Assembly (NCBI RefSeq): GCF_001194135.2 | Contig: NC_068995.1 | Location: forward strand, 53,025,995 to 53,058,319 | Reading direction: 5' to 3' | From: Octopus bimaculoides | Taxonomy: Eukaryota | DNA: 32,325 bases | Part shown: piece by piece, positions 31,173 to 32,325 of the stretch | Numbering within the stretch: position 1 is the stretch's first letter | Layout: every line of letters starts with the position of its first letter | Notes under the pieces: generated by a model | What the model saw: the letters and a program-made list of their open reading frames with translations, nothing else | Told to the model about the DNA's origin: nothing | The model's database searches: none | Position numbers and translations under genes: made by a program

Positions 31173-31314
31173 GGGGGAGAGCAAGTGAGCAAACGAGAGA
31201 AGTGACAGAGAGACAGAGCGGGACAGAGTAAACGGGCAATATTGAGAGAAAAAGATAGAGTGAGCGAGCAAATGAGAAAGAGAATGTAGGCGAAAGACAG
31301 AACAAGAGAGCAAA

Positions 31315-31367
<53 letters not shown>

Positions 31368-31999
31368 GAGGGAGGGGAGAGAGCAAACGAGCAATTGCCG
31401 GAGAAAAAGAGAAACAGAGCGAGCAAATGAGAAAGAAAGTGTGGCTGAGAGACAGTGCAATGAAACAAACGAGAGGGTGAGAGAGATAGAGAGACAGAGA
31501 GAGATATAGGGAGACAGAGAGAGAGAGAGAGACAGAGAGAGAGAGAGACAGAGAGAGACAGAGAGAGACAGAGAGAGAACATAGGTGAAAAACGGAGCAA
31601 GTATGTAACGAAGGTGAGAGAGAGAAAATGTAGGGGAGACACAGCGAAAGCTAGCACGCGAGAGAGAGAAAGGGAGGAGAGAGACAGAAGGTGAGAGAAA
31701 GAGCAAGCGACGAAACGTGAGAGAGAGAGAGAGACAGAGAAGAGAATATAGGTGAAAAAGAGAGCAAGTATGCAAACGAAGGCGAGAGAGGGAGGAAGAG
31801 GAAGAGGGAGAAAATGTAGGAGAGTGAGAGATAAAGAGCGATGGAGTTCAAAAGAAAAGCAGACAGTGAAAAGGTGAAAGGAAGAGCTGAAGAAACAGCC
31901 ATAGATCAGTGACACGAAGACATCAATATACTGGTCAGGATTAAACAAAGCGTGAACCAAAATCAATGCCAAGGTAGATATATGGACGGAAACAAAATG

Positions 32000-32039
<40 letters not shown>

Positions 32040-32060
32040 GGGAGGAGAGAAAAGAAAAAG
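31110..32060. repeat. ~1 kb polypurine (GA)-rich block with an embedded diverged minisatellite
   Basis: Directly visible. The CT-rich minus strand lacks stops, which produces the 382-aa ORF. Confidence 0.85.
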
Positions 32061-32325
32061 AAAGAAGCTGAATTAGAGAGGTTTGATGCTGTATGTGCGG
32101 AGAAGTATTTGGGTACAATGCACTCAATGATTGCTGGTCGGGTCAACTGGTGAACTTCATAAAACTTGTCCAATTATTGGGCAGTTATAATCAGGAGAAA
32201 CAGTTGGTGAATTATTGTTGGTTGTCTTGAATGAGAGGTTGGGTGAGTGGGGTGGATCTAAGGGATCGTGTAAACTGATCAATACGTCTGCGGTGATCAA
32301 CACTTTTATAGCTCAAACATTATAT

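Noticed and set aside
32066-32143. Frame ...FDAVCAEKYLGTMHSMIAGRVNW* containing KYLG, as in LINE reverse-transcriptase C-termini
   Set aside because: A four-residue match only, with no surrounding RT motifs.
31025-32173. 382-aa minus-strand ORF (longest gap-free ORF)
   Set aside because: Composed of SLSL/CT-microsatellite translation. A CT-rich strand cannot form TAA/TAG/TGA, and no domain is recognisable.

Overview
Repeat-dense, AT-rich eukaryotic non-coding DNA from a gapped draft assembly. There are 8 N-gaps totalling about 4.2 kb (~13% of the window). The dispersed repeats resemble, from memory, the tRNA-derived SINE families of Octopus (coleoid cephalopod), so this is most likely octopus intronic or intergenic DNA; that assignment is an inference and was not searched. 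About 30 SINE copies or fragments fall into three main families (called A, B and C here), whose relationship is visible by comparing copies within the window. The window also holds a Tigger/pogo-like transposon end, a probable MITE, a probable Helentron/HINE-type terminus, minisatellites and very many microsatellites. I recognise no protein-coding gene, RNA gene or CRISPR array. The long ORFs in the supplied track are artefacts of N-gaps or stop-poor microsatellites. I cannot support a novel biological system here. The best leads are modest: an inverted SINE pair that could form an ADAR-type dsRNA substrate, a degenerate Penelope-type hammerhead-like core, a symmetric 64-nt hairpin next to a Helentron-like end, a triple-CCAAT plus YY1 promoter-like island, a CTCF-like site, and a few weak exon candidates. 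SINE boundaries were placed by eye and are approximate (about +/-10 bp).
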